Of a stretch of 64,000 nt of DNA, positions 27,501-36,182 are shown piece after piece. The notes under the pieces were generated by a model. The model saw only the letters and a list, made by a program, of their open reading frames with translations. It was not told where the DNA came from and ran no database searches. The DNA is taken from assembly GCA_045805265.1 (NCBI GenBank), contig JBJMLO010000023.1, positions 478-64,477 of the forward strand, given 5' to 3'. This DNA is from Actinomycetota bacterium (GTDB taxonomy: Bacteria; Actinomycetota; UBA4738; JACQTL01). The number at the start of each line of letters is the position of its first letter. Within the stretch, counting starts at the first letter, position 1. A program made the position numbers and the translations under genes.

Positions 27501-29312
27501 GCCCGGCTGGAGCGAAGGTCGGTCGTTCGCCTTCGGGCTCTCGTCGCGGTCCTCGCCGTGGCCTCGCTGGTCGCCGCGAGCCTCACCGTGGTCGCGGTCA
27601 ACCGGAGTCGCGAGGCGGACCGTCGGCGGCTGGAGGTCCTGCTGAACAACCGCCGGGAGTCGGTGGATCGCCTGACCGCCGGGTCGATCGCGAACCTCGA
27701 GACCGACCCGCAGCTCAGCCTCAATCTCGCGCTGCACGCAGTGGATCAGGCGTCGGATCTCGCGGAGCCGGTCCCGGCCGCAACGGTGGAAGCGCTCCAC
27801 TGGGCGATCCAGGCCGCCGGGGTCGACTATCCCATCCGAAGGGGTCCCGTGAAGGTCCTCGAGGGACCGCTCGGCACGCGTGGCATCTTCGACCTACCGC
27901 TGTCGAGGCTCGCGCGCATCGCGAGGGAGCACGTCACCGGATCGCTCACAGCCCAGCAATGCGAGCAGTTCTTCGGGACCCCCTCCTGTCCTTCGCTGCC
28001 GAAGGCGTCCGGGAGGGACATCCCGGCCGAGCCCGTCCGCGCGGTGCAGCCGGTCAACCCGGTGGTGAGGCCACTCGCCGGAACACAGGTCACGGTCTAC
28101 ACGGCGTTCGACCCCGAATCGAGTCGGCCGGCCGACTTCGAGACCCAGATGAGGCGGTTCACCCAACGCACCGGCATCGAGGTCAGGCTGGTGGGCGTCC
28201 CGGACTTCTACACCTGGCTGACGGAGAACGTCGCTCCCAAGAACCCGCCGGACATCGCGTTCTTCCAACAGCCCACCGGTCTCGTGAAGCTTGCCCGGCA
28301 GGGATACCTGGCGGACCTCGGCGGCTACCTGGACGTCGAACGGTTGCGATCCGACACCAGCCCGTACCTGGTCTCCCTCGGAACCGTCGGGCACGACGGC
28401 TCGTGGCCGTCAGACGAGGGCGGGACCTACGGGGGGTTCATCCACCTGTCGCTCAAGAGCCTCGTCTGGTATCCGACTCCCGAGTTCCACGCGGCCGGCT
28501 ATGAGGTCCCCAGGACGTGGGACCAATTGGTCGCACTCGGCGATCGGATGGCGGCGGACGGTCACACCCCCTGGTGCATGGGCTGGGAGTCCGGGGAAGA
28601 CGCGAGCGGTTGGCCGGGCACCGACTGGATCGAGGACCTCGTGCTGGCCGGAGCCGGCCCCCAGGCCTACGACCGGTGGACGTTCCACGATCTCCCGTTC
28701 GACAGCCCCGAGGTCCGCACGGCGTTCGAGCGCCTCGGGCACGTGCTGTTCGCCGACCGCCATGTGCGTGGCGGGACGTCCGGGGCGGCGAGCACGAGCT
28801 TCGCAGCGGCGCAGACCCCCATGCTCGCGGATCCTCCCGGGTGCTGGCTGCACCACTTCCCGTCGTTCGCCGCGAACTTCCTGCCCCGGGGGGCTCCCGG
28901 GACGCAGGCTGACGTGTTCCCGTTCCCCCCCATCACCGAGGGGTCTCCGCTGGCGGTGACCGGGGGCGGCGAGATGGTGGGGGCGTTCGCCGACCGCCCC
29001 GAGGTCCGCGAGGTGATTCGGTTCATGCTCGGTGGCGATTTCGGCCGCGGCTCGCTGGAGTTCGACGACGGGCTGATCATGGCCAACCGCCACTTCGGCC
29101 TGGAGAACTACCCGCCGTTCTGGCGCGAGCAGGCGGCGCTCGTCCACCGAGCCCTCGCCGCCGACACGTTCCGCCACGACGCGTCCGACCTCATGCCCCC
29201 GGAGGTCGGCACGGGCCGGTTCTGGAAGGCGATGATCACATACCTCACCGAAGGCCCCGCGAGCCTGGACGGGATCCTCAGCGATCTCGACGCGGCATGG
29301 CCGGACGGGTGA
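24564..29312 (+). CDS. SARP (wHTH+BTAD) - Ser/Thr kinase - nSTAND NTPase - TM - sugar ABC substrate-binding domain fusion
   Basis: LLGPLE/GGPKQR, LWRGPAL, HRDVKPAN/DFG, NPYKGL, GPSGSGKSS, IDQFEE, LRADFY, AHEALL; C-terminal KSLVWY...GWPGTDWIED...DASDLMP. Confidence 0.93.
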   Translation: MQFLLLGPLEARDDGSALPLGGPKQRVVLAHLLLQANRVVTAERLIDAIWGEDPPETARNTLQTYVRHIRRIVGPERIEHRSSGYVLQADPAEIDVLQFHDLIEESRVLAATDLPAAINALHEALGLWRGPALDDLAEQPSLRSEIARLEEIRLAALEERIAAELDLGRHRETVAELETLIGSHRYRERLWGNLVVALYRSGRQGDALNAYQRARTVLREELGIDPSPELQRLQEQVLRQDAALDLGGERLRGYRLLEEIGEGAFGTVHRAFQPEVGREVAVKVIGRRLADHPEFIRRFDVEAQLVARLEHPHIVPLYDYWREPDGAYLVMRYLRGGSLRQALAAGPLHTDWALRLTEQIALALASAHRQGVVHRDVKPANILFDEDGNAYLSDFGIARDLAALEAGADRRWPSHAYLSPEEARGEEVTHLTDVYGLGIVLYESLTGRNPYADSRPDRGLDGHAHQPLPPVHAARPELPVDVDGVVARATATDPADRYPDAPALAAAFREALRATATVPVGEGDLRNPYKGLHAFHEADAGDFFGREDSVRDLVALMGGEVDGNRFLAVVGPSGSGKSSLVRAGLVPALRAGALPGSDGWFVVDMVPGAHPFEELASGLVRISVDRRPGLVQRLERDGDLQRAAEDVLPPDGSQLLLVIDQFEEVFSLVGDEGERASFLAGIAAAVNQPESRVRVIVTLRADFYDRPLMYSGFGDLLAGRTYAVTPLSTEELERAVAGPAEAVGARLEPNLLAEIVAEVGGRPAALPLLQYALTELFEGRTGSTLTLEAWRRVGGASGALARRAEALYGLLNDLGKEATRQLFLRLVTVGERGVENTRRRVLRTELTSLGVDRRSMDAAIDAFGARRLLAFDRDPQTRGPTVEIAHEALLREWDRFREWIESSREQLRLQAKVAAAAGEWDEAGQGEDYLLAGDRLSQVEEAMGTSSVRPTDREREYLAASRTRAQAEAAAERERRAREARLERRSVVRLRALVAVLAVASLVAASLTVVAVNRSREADRRRLEVLLNNRRESVDRLTAGSIANLETDPQLSLNLALHAVDQASDLAEPVPAATVEALHWAIQAAGVDYPIRRGPVKVLEGPLGTRGIFDLPLSRLARIAREHVTGSLTAQQCEQFFGTPSCPSLPKASGRDIPAEPVRAVQPVNPVVRPLAGTQVTVYTAFDPESSRPADFETQMRRFTQRTGIEVRLVGVPDFYTWLTENVAPKNPPDIAFFQQPTGLVKLARQGYLADLGGYLDVERLRSDTSPYLVSLGTVGHDGSWPSDEGGTYGGFIHLSLKSLVWYPTPEFHAAGYEVPRTWDQLVALGDRMAADGHTPWCMGWESGEDASGWPGTDWIEDLVLAGAGPQAYDRWTFHDLPFDSPEVRTAFERLGHVLFADRHVRGGTSGAASTSFAAAQTPMLADPPGCWLHHFPSFAANFLPRGAPGTQADVFPFPPITEGSPLAVTGGGEMVGAFADRPEVREVIRFMLGGDFGRGSLEFDDGLIMANRHFGLENYPPFWREQAALVHRALAADTFRHDASDLMPPEVGTGRFWKAMITYLTEGPASLDGILSDLDAAWPDG

Positions 29313-29362
29313 GCGACGACCCCTCCGCCAGTTCCGGGCCTCGCCGGTAGTCTTGTCGCGCG

Positions 29363-31393
29363 ATGGCATCCGTCATCGGGACGTTCGCCCTGGTCCTGGC
29401 CCTGCTCGTGGCCGTGTACGGCGCCGCGGTCTCCTTCGCCGGGGCCCGGAGCCGCAACGCGCTCATGGTCGAGAGCGGGCGGACCTCGGCGTTCTCGCTG
29501 GTCGCGCTGGTGCTGGTGGCCAACGTCACGATGCTCGCGGCGATCCTCGCGAACGACTTCTCGCTGCGGTACGTGGCCGAGAACTCGAGCCGCGCCACGC
29601 CCACGTTCTTCAAGGTGCTCGCCCTGTGGTCGGCCGACGACGGTTCGCTGCTGCTGTGGAACCTCGTGCTGGCCGGCTACCTGGTGGCCGTCGCGATCCG
29701 GTTCCGTCGCAAGCGCCCCGAGACCTTCCCGTGGGCGCTCGGCACGATGTTCACGGTGTCGGCGTTCTACCTGCTGCTGGTCACCGTGGCCACGAGCCCG
29801 TTCGGGACGCTGCCCCAGGCAGTGCACGACGGGCGCGGGCCGCTGCCGCTGCTGCAGAACCACCCGCTGATGGCCGCGCATCCGCCGATGCTGTATCTCG
29901 GGTTCCTCGGCATGACCGTGCCGTTCGCGTTCGCCATGGCCGCGCTGCTGACCGGCCGGCTCTCGGACGAGTGGATCCGGATCACCCGGCGGTGGACCTT
30001 GTTCGCGTGGGTGTGCCTGACGGCGGGGCTGTTCCTGGGGTCGCTGTGGTCGTACTCGGTGCTCGGATGGGGCGGGTACTGGGCGTGGGACCCCGTCGAG
30101 AACATCGCGCTGCTGCCGTGGCTGGCGTCGACGGCGTTCCTGCACTCGGTGATGGTCCAGGAGCGCCGCGGCATGCTGAAGGTCTGGAACCTCTCGCTGA
30201 TCGTCACGACGTTCGCGCTGACGGTGTTCGGGACGTTCCTGACCCGGGGGTCGATCCTGTCGAGCGTCCACACGTTCGCCCAGTCGGCGGTCGGTCCCAT
30301 GTACCTCGGGTTCCTGCTGATCGTGCTGTGCGCGGGGTTCGGGCTGATCGCCGCGCGGTCTCGGATGCTGGCCTCGGAGTCCTCGATCGACCGGCTGGCG
30401 TCGCGGGAGGGCGTGTTCCTGGGGAACAACGTCCTGCTGGCCGCGCTGACGTTCACGGTGCTGATCGGGACGGTGTTCCCGCTGCTGAACGAGGCGCTGA
30501 CCGGCGCGAAGGTGTCGGTGGGGGGGCCGTACTTCGACCGGACGGCGGCGCCGGTGATGCTGTTGCTGCTGTTCCTCATGGGGATCGGGCCGCTGCTGCC
30601 GTGGCGCGTGGGATCCGCCCGGTACCTGCTGCGACGGCTGCGCATGCCGGTGTGGGCGGGGGCGCTGACGATCGCGGGGCTGGTGGTCACCGGCGTGCGG
30701 CACCCGGTGGCGATCTTCGCGTTCGGCCTGGCGGCGTTCGTGGCGGCGTCGACGGTCTCGGAGATGGCGCGAGGCGTGCGGGCACACCGCCGCGCCTCCG
30801 GCGGATCGGTCGCGCGCTCCGCGGTCGGAGCCGTGGCGCGGAACCGCCGCCTGTACGGCGGGCTGGTTGCGCACCTCGGGCTGGTGATCGCGATCGTCGC
30901 GATCACGTGGTCGTCGACGTACGCGACCCAGAAGGAGGTCACGCTGGCCCGCGGGCAGTCGACGCAGTTCGCCGGGTACACGTTGCGGTACGAGGGGTCG
31001 ACGTTCCGGAACGAGCCCCAGCGCGTGGTGTTCGTCTCGACGCTGGTGATCGTCGACGGCGGGCGGCGGATCGGGGTGCTGATCCCCTCGCTGAACTACT
31101 ACCCGTCCGACAGGAACGAGCCCATCGGGACGCCGTCGATCTCGAAGGGGACGCCCCTCAACGGGTTCCACGACCTCTACGCATCGCTGCAGTCCCTGTC
31201 GAAGAAGGGCACGTCGGCGACGTTCCGGCTGTTCTCGAACCCGGGGGTGATGTGGCTGTGGACGGGCGGTGCGGTGATCGTGCTGGGCGGGGCGCTGGCG
31301 CTGTGGCCGGCCCGGCGGCGCAGACGGGATCGTCCGGAGCCGTCGCCGTCCGCCGATGAACCCGTCCCGGAGCGGGTGGAGGTGACCGCGTGA
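29363..31393 (+). CDS. ccmF: Cytochrome c heme lyase CcmF/NrfE
   Basis: HPPMLYLG, WGGYWAWDPVEN, SSVHTFA; multiple TMs. Confidence 0.96.
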   Translation: MASVIGTFALVLALLVAVYGAAVSFAGARSRNALMVESGRTSAFSLVALVLVANVTMLAAILANDFSLRYVAENSSRATPTFFKVLALWSADDGSLLLWNLVLAGYLVAVAIRFRRKRPETFPWALGTMFTVSAFYLLLVTVATSPFGTLPQAVHDGRGPLPLLQNHPLMAAHPPMLYLGFLGMTVPFAFAMAALLTGRLSDEWIRITRRWTLFAWVCLTAGLFLGSLWSYSVLGWGGYWAWDPVENIALLPWLASTAFLHSVMVQERRGMLKVWNLSLIVTTFALTVFGTFLTRGSILSSVHTFAQSAVGPMYLGFLLIVLCAGFGLIAARSRMLASESSIDRLASREGVFLGNNVLLAALTFTVLIGTVFPLLNEALTGAKVSVGGPYFDRTAAPVMLLLLFLMGIGPLLPWRVGSARYLLRRLRMPVWAGALTIAGLVVTGVRHPVAIFAFGLAAFVAASTVSEMARGVRAHRRASGGSVARSAVGAVARNRRLYGGLVAHLGLVIAIVAITWSSTYATQKEVTLARGQSTQFAGYTLRYEGSTFRNEPQRVVFVSTLVIVDGGRRIGVLIPSLNYYPSDRNEPIGTPSISKGTPLNGFHDLYASLQSLSKKGTSATFRLFSNPGVMWLWTGGAVIVLGGALALWPARRRRRDRPEPSPSADEPVPERVEVTA

Positions 31394-31956
31394 CGGGCGA
31401 GCCTCGCGTAAACGGAGACCGCCGGTGGCGGGTCGTGGTGCTCAGCCTGGTGCCGGTCGTCCTGCTGGCCGTGCTGCTGGGGTTCGGCCTCGGACGCGAC
31501 CCGCGCGCGACGCCGCAGGACCAGCTGATCGGCACGCGGGCCCCGGAGTTCGCGCTGAGGGACCTCCGGACCGGCAAGATCGTGCGGCTGTCGGACCTCC
31601 GAGGCCACCCCGTCGTGCTGAACTTCTGGGCCAGCTGGTGCGCCGACTGCGTGGTCGAGCACCCCAACCTGGTCGCCGCGTGGCAGCGGTTCGGGAACGA
31701 GGGGACGGTGTTCCTGTCCGTGCTGTACCAGGACACTCCGTCGAGGGCGGCCGCATTCCTCGACCAGCTGCCGGCGACGTGGCCAGACCTGTACGACCCG
31801 TCGGGGCGGACGGCGCTGGCCTACGGCGTGACCGGTGTGCCCGAGACCGTCTTCATCTCCCCCGAGGGGCGGATCGCGTACAAGCAGATCAGCGTGACCA
31901 CCTACGGCCTCATCGAGCGACAGGTCCATTCGATGTCGAAGTTGGGCTCGGCGTGA
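31390..31956 (+). CDS. ccmG: Thiol-disulfide oxidoreductase CcmG/DsbE (TlpA family)
   Basis: VVLNFWASWCADC, YGVTGVPET; GTGA overlap with ccmF. Confidence 0.9.
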   Translation: MTGEPRVNGDRRWRVVVLSLVPVVLLAVLLGFGLGRDPRATPQDQLIGTRAPEFALRDLRTGKIVRLSDLRGHPVVLNFWASWCADCVVEHPNLVAAWQRFGNEGTVFLSVLYQDTPSRAAAFLDQLPATWPDLYDPSGRTALAYGVTGVPETVFISPEGRIAYKQISVTTYGLIERQVHSMSKLGSA

Positions 31957-32537
31957 GGGCCGGCGGGAACGGCCAGGGCGGCGTCGGTGCGCCGCAGGCC
32001 ACCGGCCAGCGGAGTGTGCGCCGCACCGCGTTGGTCCTGGCCGCCGCCGTGGCGGTCGCGGCCGTCGCCCTGGCGGTCGTCGCCACGCGGGGGCCCTCCC
32101 GGCCACCGACCCTCCAGGAGCGGGTGCGGGTCGTCGCCGAGGACCTCCGCTGTCCTGAGTGCCAGAACCTGTCGGTGGCCGACTCCCCCTCGGGCCTCGC
32201 CCGCGAGATGCGCGTCGAGATCGCCCGCAGGCTCCGGCTGGGCCAGACGGCGTCGCAGATCGAGAGCTTCTTCGTGAGCCGGTACGGGCGGTGGATCCTG
32301 CTGACCCCCGACGCCGGCGGGATCGGCCTGTTCGCGTGGCTCGCCCCCGCGCTGGCGGTCGCAGCGGGCGGGGCGCTGGCTTTCACGGTGGTGCGCCGCC
32401 GTCGCCGCGCCACGAGCCCGGTGGACGACGAGACAGCGGTCGCGGACCCAGCCGAGTCGTCCGACGAGCCCCGACTGACCGGCGAGGAGCGCGACCGCAT
32501 CCAGCGGGAGATCGCCCAGCTGGAAGAGGTCCCGTGA
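31953..32537 (+). CDS. ccmH: Cytochrome c biogenesis protein CcmH
   Basis: LRCPECQNLSVADS, YGRWILLTP; GTGA overlap. Confidence 0.92.
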   Translation: MRAGGNGQGGVGAPQATGQRSVRRTALVLAAAVAVAAVALAVVATRGPSRPPTLQERVRVVAEDLRCPECQNLSVADSPSGLAREMRVEIARRLRLGQTASQIESFFVSRYGRWILLTPDAGGIGLFAWLAPALAVAAGGALAFTVVRRRRRATSPVDDETAVADPAESSDEPRLTGEERDRIQREIAQLEEVP

Positions 32538-33442
32538 ACACCGTGATCGTCACCGCGGCCCTGGCGGCGATGATGGCGACCGTCGTGTTCGGCGCCGTGG
32601 CGCCGTACCGGCGGGCGACCGCCCCCGCGCTGGAGTCGCTGAGCGATCCCCTCGACGACCGCCGCCTGGCGCTGCTCGTGTCGCTCAAGGACCTCCAGGC
32701 CTCTCGCGACGCGGGCGCCATCGAGGCGGAGGAGTACCTCCGGCTGCGCGAGGACACCGAGACCCGGATGGCGCGGGTGCTGCGCGCCATCGAGGAACGC
32801 AGGAAGAAGGAAGAGGGCGCGCCGGCCGAGCGCCCCCGGCGGAGCCCCGTCCGGTACCTGGCGATCGCCCTCGTCGCGGTGATCGCGCTTTCGGTCGGCC
32901 TCGTCCCCGCGCTGATGCGATCCCTGCACGACCGCGGCGCCAGTGTGAACCTCACCCACTCCCTCGGGTGGTACGCCCACCGGGTCCGCGCGAACCCCCA
33001 CGACGTCGCCGCAAGGCTCGACTACGCGCACCGACTGCAGGACAGCGGGCAGCTGGGCGACGCGTTCCGCCAGTACACGGCGGCGCTCGCGCTCCAACCG
33101 GACAACGTGGACGCGCTGGCCAACTTCGGCCTGCTGGTGCACCTGTCGGGCCGCCCCCTACAGGGACTCGCGGCCGAGAACCGCGCGCTGAAGGTCCAGC
33201 CCGGCTACCCGGAGGCGCTGTTCTACAAGGGGGCGATCCTGCTGCGAGGCTTGGACCGCCCCCAGGACGCCATCCCCTACCTCCAGCGCTACCTGGACTC
33301 ATCGCCCTACGGCTCCTACGGCCCGACCGCCCGTAAGATGCTGACCGACGCCAACCGGGAGATCGCCGGCGGCAACCCGATCCCCTCCGCCGCGGCCACG
33401 TCCCCGATTCCCACCCCCCAGCTGACAGTGCCGACGGGTTGA
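32534..33442 (+). CDS. ccmI: CcmI/CycH-like TM + TPR protein
   Basis: TM, LKDLQ...GAIEAEEY..LR, second TM, TPRs; GTGA overlap with ccmH. Confidence 0.75.
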   Translation: MNTVIVTAALAAMMATVVFGAVAPYRRATAPALESLSDPLDDRRLALLVSLKDLQASRDAGAIEAEEYLRLREDTETRMARVLRAIEERRKKEEGAPAERPRRSPVRYLAIALVAVIALSVGLVPALMRSLHDRGASVNLTHSLGWYAHRVRANPHDVAARLDYAHRLQDSGQLGDAFRQYTAALALQPDNVDALANFGLLVHLSGRPLQGLAAENRALKVQPGYPEALFYKGAILLRGLDRPQDAIPYLQRYLDSSPYGSYGPTARKMLTDANREIAGGNPIPSAAATSPIPTPQLTVPTG

Positions 33443-33530
33443 GAGCCAACCGGGGCAAATCGGACCGATTGAACGAACTGGTCGGCGGGGGATACGATCC
33501 GGCCCCCACGGTGGGTCGAGCGGAGGGAGC

Positions 33531-36182
33531 GTGACCCGGTACGCGATCATCGGTGACGGCGCTGCCGGCACGACCGCCGCCTTCTACATCCGCCGGGCCG
33601 ATCCCAATGGGCGGGTCATCATCCTGTCCGACGACCCCCAGGCCGCCTATTACCGCGCGGCGCTGACGAACTTCCTGATCGGCGAGCTGCGCGAGGAGCA
33701 GCTGTTCGCCGTTCCGCCCAACTTCTACACGGAGTTCCGCGTCGAGCGGTTCCAGGCTCGCGTCGCCCAGATCGACACCCGCACCAACACGCTGCTGCTC
33801 GCGAGCGGCGGTGGGTTGCCCTACGACCGCCTGCTGATCGCCGCCGGCGCCAACCCCAACCTCCCGCCGTGGCCGGGCGCCGACCTCTCGGGGGTCATGA
33901 CCATGCGGACCATGCAGGACGCCCGCGTGGTCCTGGACGGCCTGGCCGGCAAGCAGATTCGCCGTGCGGTGGTCGTCGGCGCGGGGCCACTCGGCATCGA
34001 GTGGGTCCAGGGACTCCGGAACCGCGGCGTCGAGGTGACCTACGTCATCCGCGGCGACATGTTCATGGAGGGGATCCTGGACCGGACGGCATCCGACCTC
34101 GTGTGGTCGCGGCTGCGCTCCGGCGGTGTGGACCTCCGCCTGAACGACGAGATCACCGAGGTGCTCGGCTCGAAGGACCGCCGCGTCCGAGCCGTCCGGC
34201 TGAAGTCCGGCCAGGAGCTGCCCTGCGAGCTGGTCGGCTCCGCGATCGGCATCCGGGCCAACATCGAGTTCCTCGACGGGTCCGGCGTGGCCACCGAGCG
34301 CGGCATCCCCGTCGACGAACGCATGCAGACGAACGTCCCGAACGTGTTCGCGGCCGGCGACATCGCGGCCGTCCTCGACCCGGCGACCGGCCGGCGCCGG
34401 GGGTTCGGCCTGTGGGAGCCGGCCCGGCTCCAGGGCCGCGCCGCCGGCATCAACATGAGCGGAGGGAACCACCAGTACCGGGTTGGCGTGCAGTACAACG
34501 CCACGCGCCTGTGGGACCTCGACCTGGGCGCGGTCGGGCGGACGATCGAGGGGGAGGGCGACCAGGTCATCCCCGACTTCCCGCGAACGGGGCGGGAGAT
34601 CCGGTACCGGAAGCTGATCCTCCGAGACGGCAGGCTGGTCGGCGCGCTGATGCTCGGGAACCGGCGTCAGGGGGTCCGCTCCCGGGCCCTGCAGTTCAAG
34701 CGGCTGATCGAGCTGGGGGTCGACGTCTCGGAGGTGGCCACCGGGCTGCTCGATCCCCGGTTCGACGTGGCGTCCTGGCTCGACGAGCACGACCCCGATG
34801 CCGTCGGGCGGGGAGCAGCGACCGTCGCGGCCGTCGACCAGGCGGTCCCCACGAACAGCGAGCTCCGGCGCGGCAGCGTGGTCCGGGCGATTCCCGACCT
34901 GCCCGAGCTGACCAGGCAGGAGGCTCCCGAGCTGACGCTGTCGGTCCAGGGCGGCCAGGCGTACCGGGTGACGAAGCCGGTGACCGTCATCGGCCGCCAC
35001 CCCGAGAACGACATCGTGCTGCCCGACGAGTACGTCTCCGGGCGCCACGCCCAGATCCGGCTGGAGGTCAATGCGTTCATGCTCTCCGATGCCGGCAGCC
35101 GCAACGGAACGTTCCTCAACGACGCGCCCGTGATGGCCCCGACGCCGCTGCGCCAGGGCGACGTGATCCGCCTCGGCTCGACGAGGCTCGTCGTGTCCCT
35201 GCCGGCGTCCCAGGTGGCCCCGAGCGCCGGCTTCGGCCCCCAGGCGCCGGAGGTGACGACCGCGAGGCCGGCCGCCGCGCCCGAGGTCGGGGGGCCGTAT
35301 CCGTCGGGCGCCCGGGTCCGCCCGCCCACCGTGGCGATGGCGCCGGTGGGCGCCGTGCTCGGGTGGCTCGACGTCGGCGGCCGGCGCCACGACCTCGCCG
35401 GTCAGACCATGAACCTCGGCCGCGACCCCAGGTCCGACGTCGCGATCTCCGACCCCGCCGTGTCGTACACGCATGCCCAGGTCACCCGGCTCGGCAACGA
35501 CCTGTACCTGCGGGACGTCGGGAGCCGCAACGGCACCTACGTGAACGCGCAGCTGGTGTCGGTTCCCCATCTGCTCACCGACGGCGACGTCATCCACGTC
35601 GGGATGACCGACCTCGCGTTCCACGGAACGGGGGCGCAGGCCCCCGCTGCCGCGTCACCCGCCACCCCGCCGCCCGGCTACCAGGCGCCGGCGGGCCCGC
35701 CGCCCATGTTCCAGCCGACGGCCCCGCCGCCGGTCGCCGGCCCGCCGCCGCCGGCACCGCCCCCGCCGATGGCCCCGCTCACGCCGCCGGTCGACACCAC
35801 CGGGGTCATCCCGGCGGCGCCGCTCCCGCCCTCGCCCGCCCCGCAGGTCCCCGGCCCGGCCGCCCCCACGGGCCGATCGCCGGCCGGCCCCCGACTGGCC
35901 GTGACCGCCGGGCCCATGGTCGGGCTGTCGTTCGCGCTGACCCGGGAGTCGCTCCGGGTGGGCCGTGACCCCGGTGTCGAGGTCGTGCTCCGCGACCAGA
36001 CCGTGAGCCGGCAGCACGCCTCGCTCGAGCTGCGGGGCGGACTGTGGACGGTGACCGACCTCGGCTCGACCAACGGCACCTCGGTGGGCGGCCAGCGCCT
36101 GCAGCCCCAACAGCCGGTCACGCTCCAGCCAGGAACGACGGTCCAGTTCGGCGACGTCGATTGCCGCTTCGAGGTGTCCTGA
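33531..36182 (+). CDS. FAD/NAD(P)H-dependent oxidoreductase (NirB/rubredoxin-reductase-like) fused to three FHA domains
   Basis: IIGDGAAG, YDRLLIAAGA, VVGAGPLGIE, TNVPNVFAAGD; three FHA repeats each with GR, SxxH and NG; Pro-rich linker. Confidence 0.92.
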   Translation: MTRYAIIGDGAAGTTAAFYIRRADPNGRVIILSDDPQAAYYRAALTNFLIGELREEQLFAVPPNFYTEFRVERFQARVAQIDTRTNTLLLASGGGLPYDRLLIAAGANPNLPPWPGADLSGVMTMRTMQDARVVLDGLAGKQIRRAVVVGAGPLGIEWVQGLRNRGVEVTYVIRGDMFMEGILDRTASDLVWSRLRSGGVDLRLNDEITEVLGSKDRRVRAVRLKSGQELPCELVGSAIGIRANIEFLDGSGVATERGIPVDERMQTNVPNVFAAGDIAAVLDPATGRRRGFGLWEPARLQGRAAGINMSGGNHQYRVGVQYNATRLWDLDLGAVGRTIEGEGDQVIPDFPRTGREIRYRKLILRDGRLVGALMLGNRRQGVRSRALQFKRLIELGVDVSEVATGLLDPRFDVASWLDEHDPDAVGRGAATVAAVDQAVPTNSELRRGSVVRAIPDLPELTRQEAPELTLSVQGGQAYRVTKPVTVIGRHPENDIVLPDEYVSGRHAQIRLEVNAFMLSDAGSRNGTFLNDAPVMAPTPLRQGDVIRLGSTRLVVSLPASQVAPSAGFGPQAPEVTTARPAAAPEVGGPYPSGARVRPPTVAMAPVGAVLGWLDVGGRRHDLAGQTMNLGRDPRSDVAISDPAVSYTHAQVTRLGNDLYLRDVGSRNGTYVNAQLVSVPHLLTDGDVIHVGMTDLAFHGTGAQAPAAASPATPPPGYQAPAGPPPMFQPTAPPPVAGPPPPAPPPPMAPLTPPVDTTGVIPAAPLPPSPAPQVPGPAAPTGRSPAGPRLAVTAGPMVGLSFALTRESLRVGRDPGVEVVLRDQTVSRQHASLELRGGLWTVTDLGSTNGTSVGGQRLQPQQPVTLQPGTTVQFGDVDCRFEVS

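Noticed and set aside
33531-36182. Calling this nirB (assimilatory nitrite reductase)
   Set aside because: Lacks the BFD [2Fe-2S] and siroheme/[4Fe-4S] domains; FHA domains follow instead.
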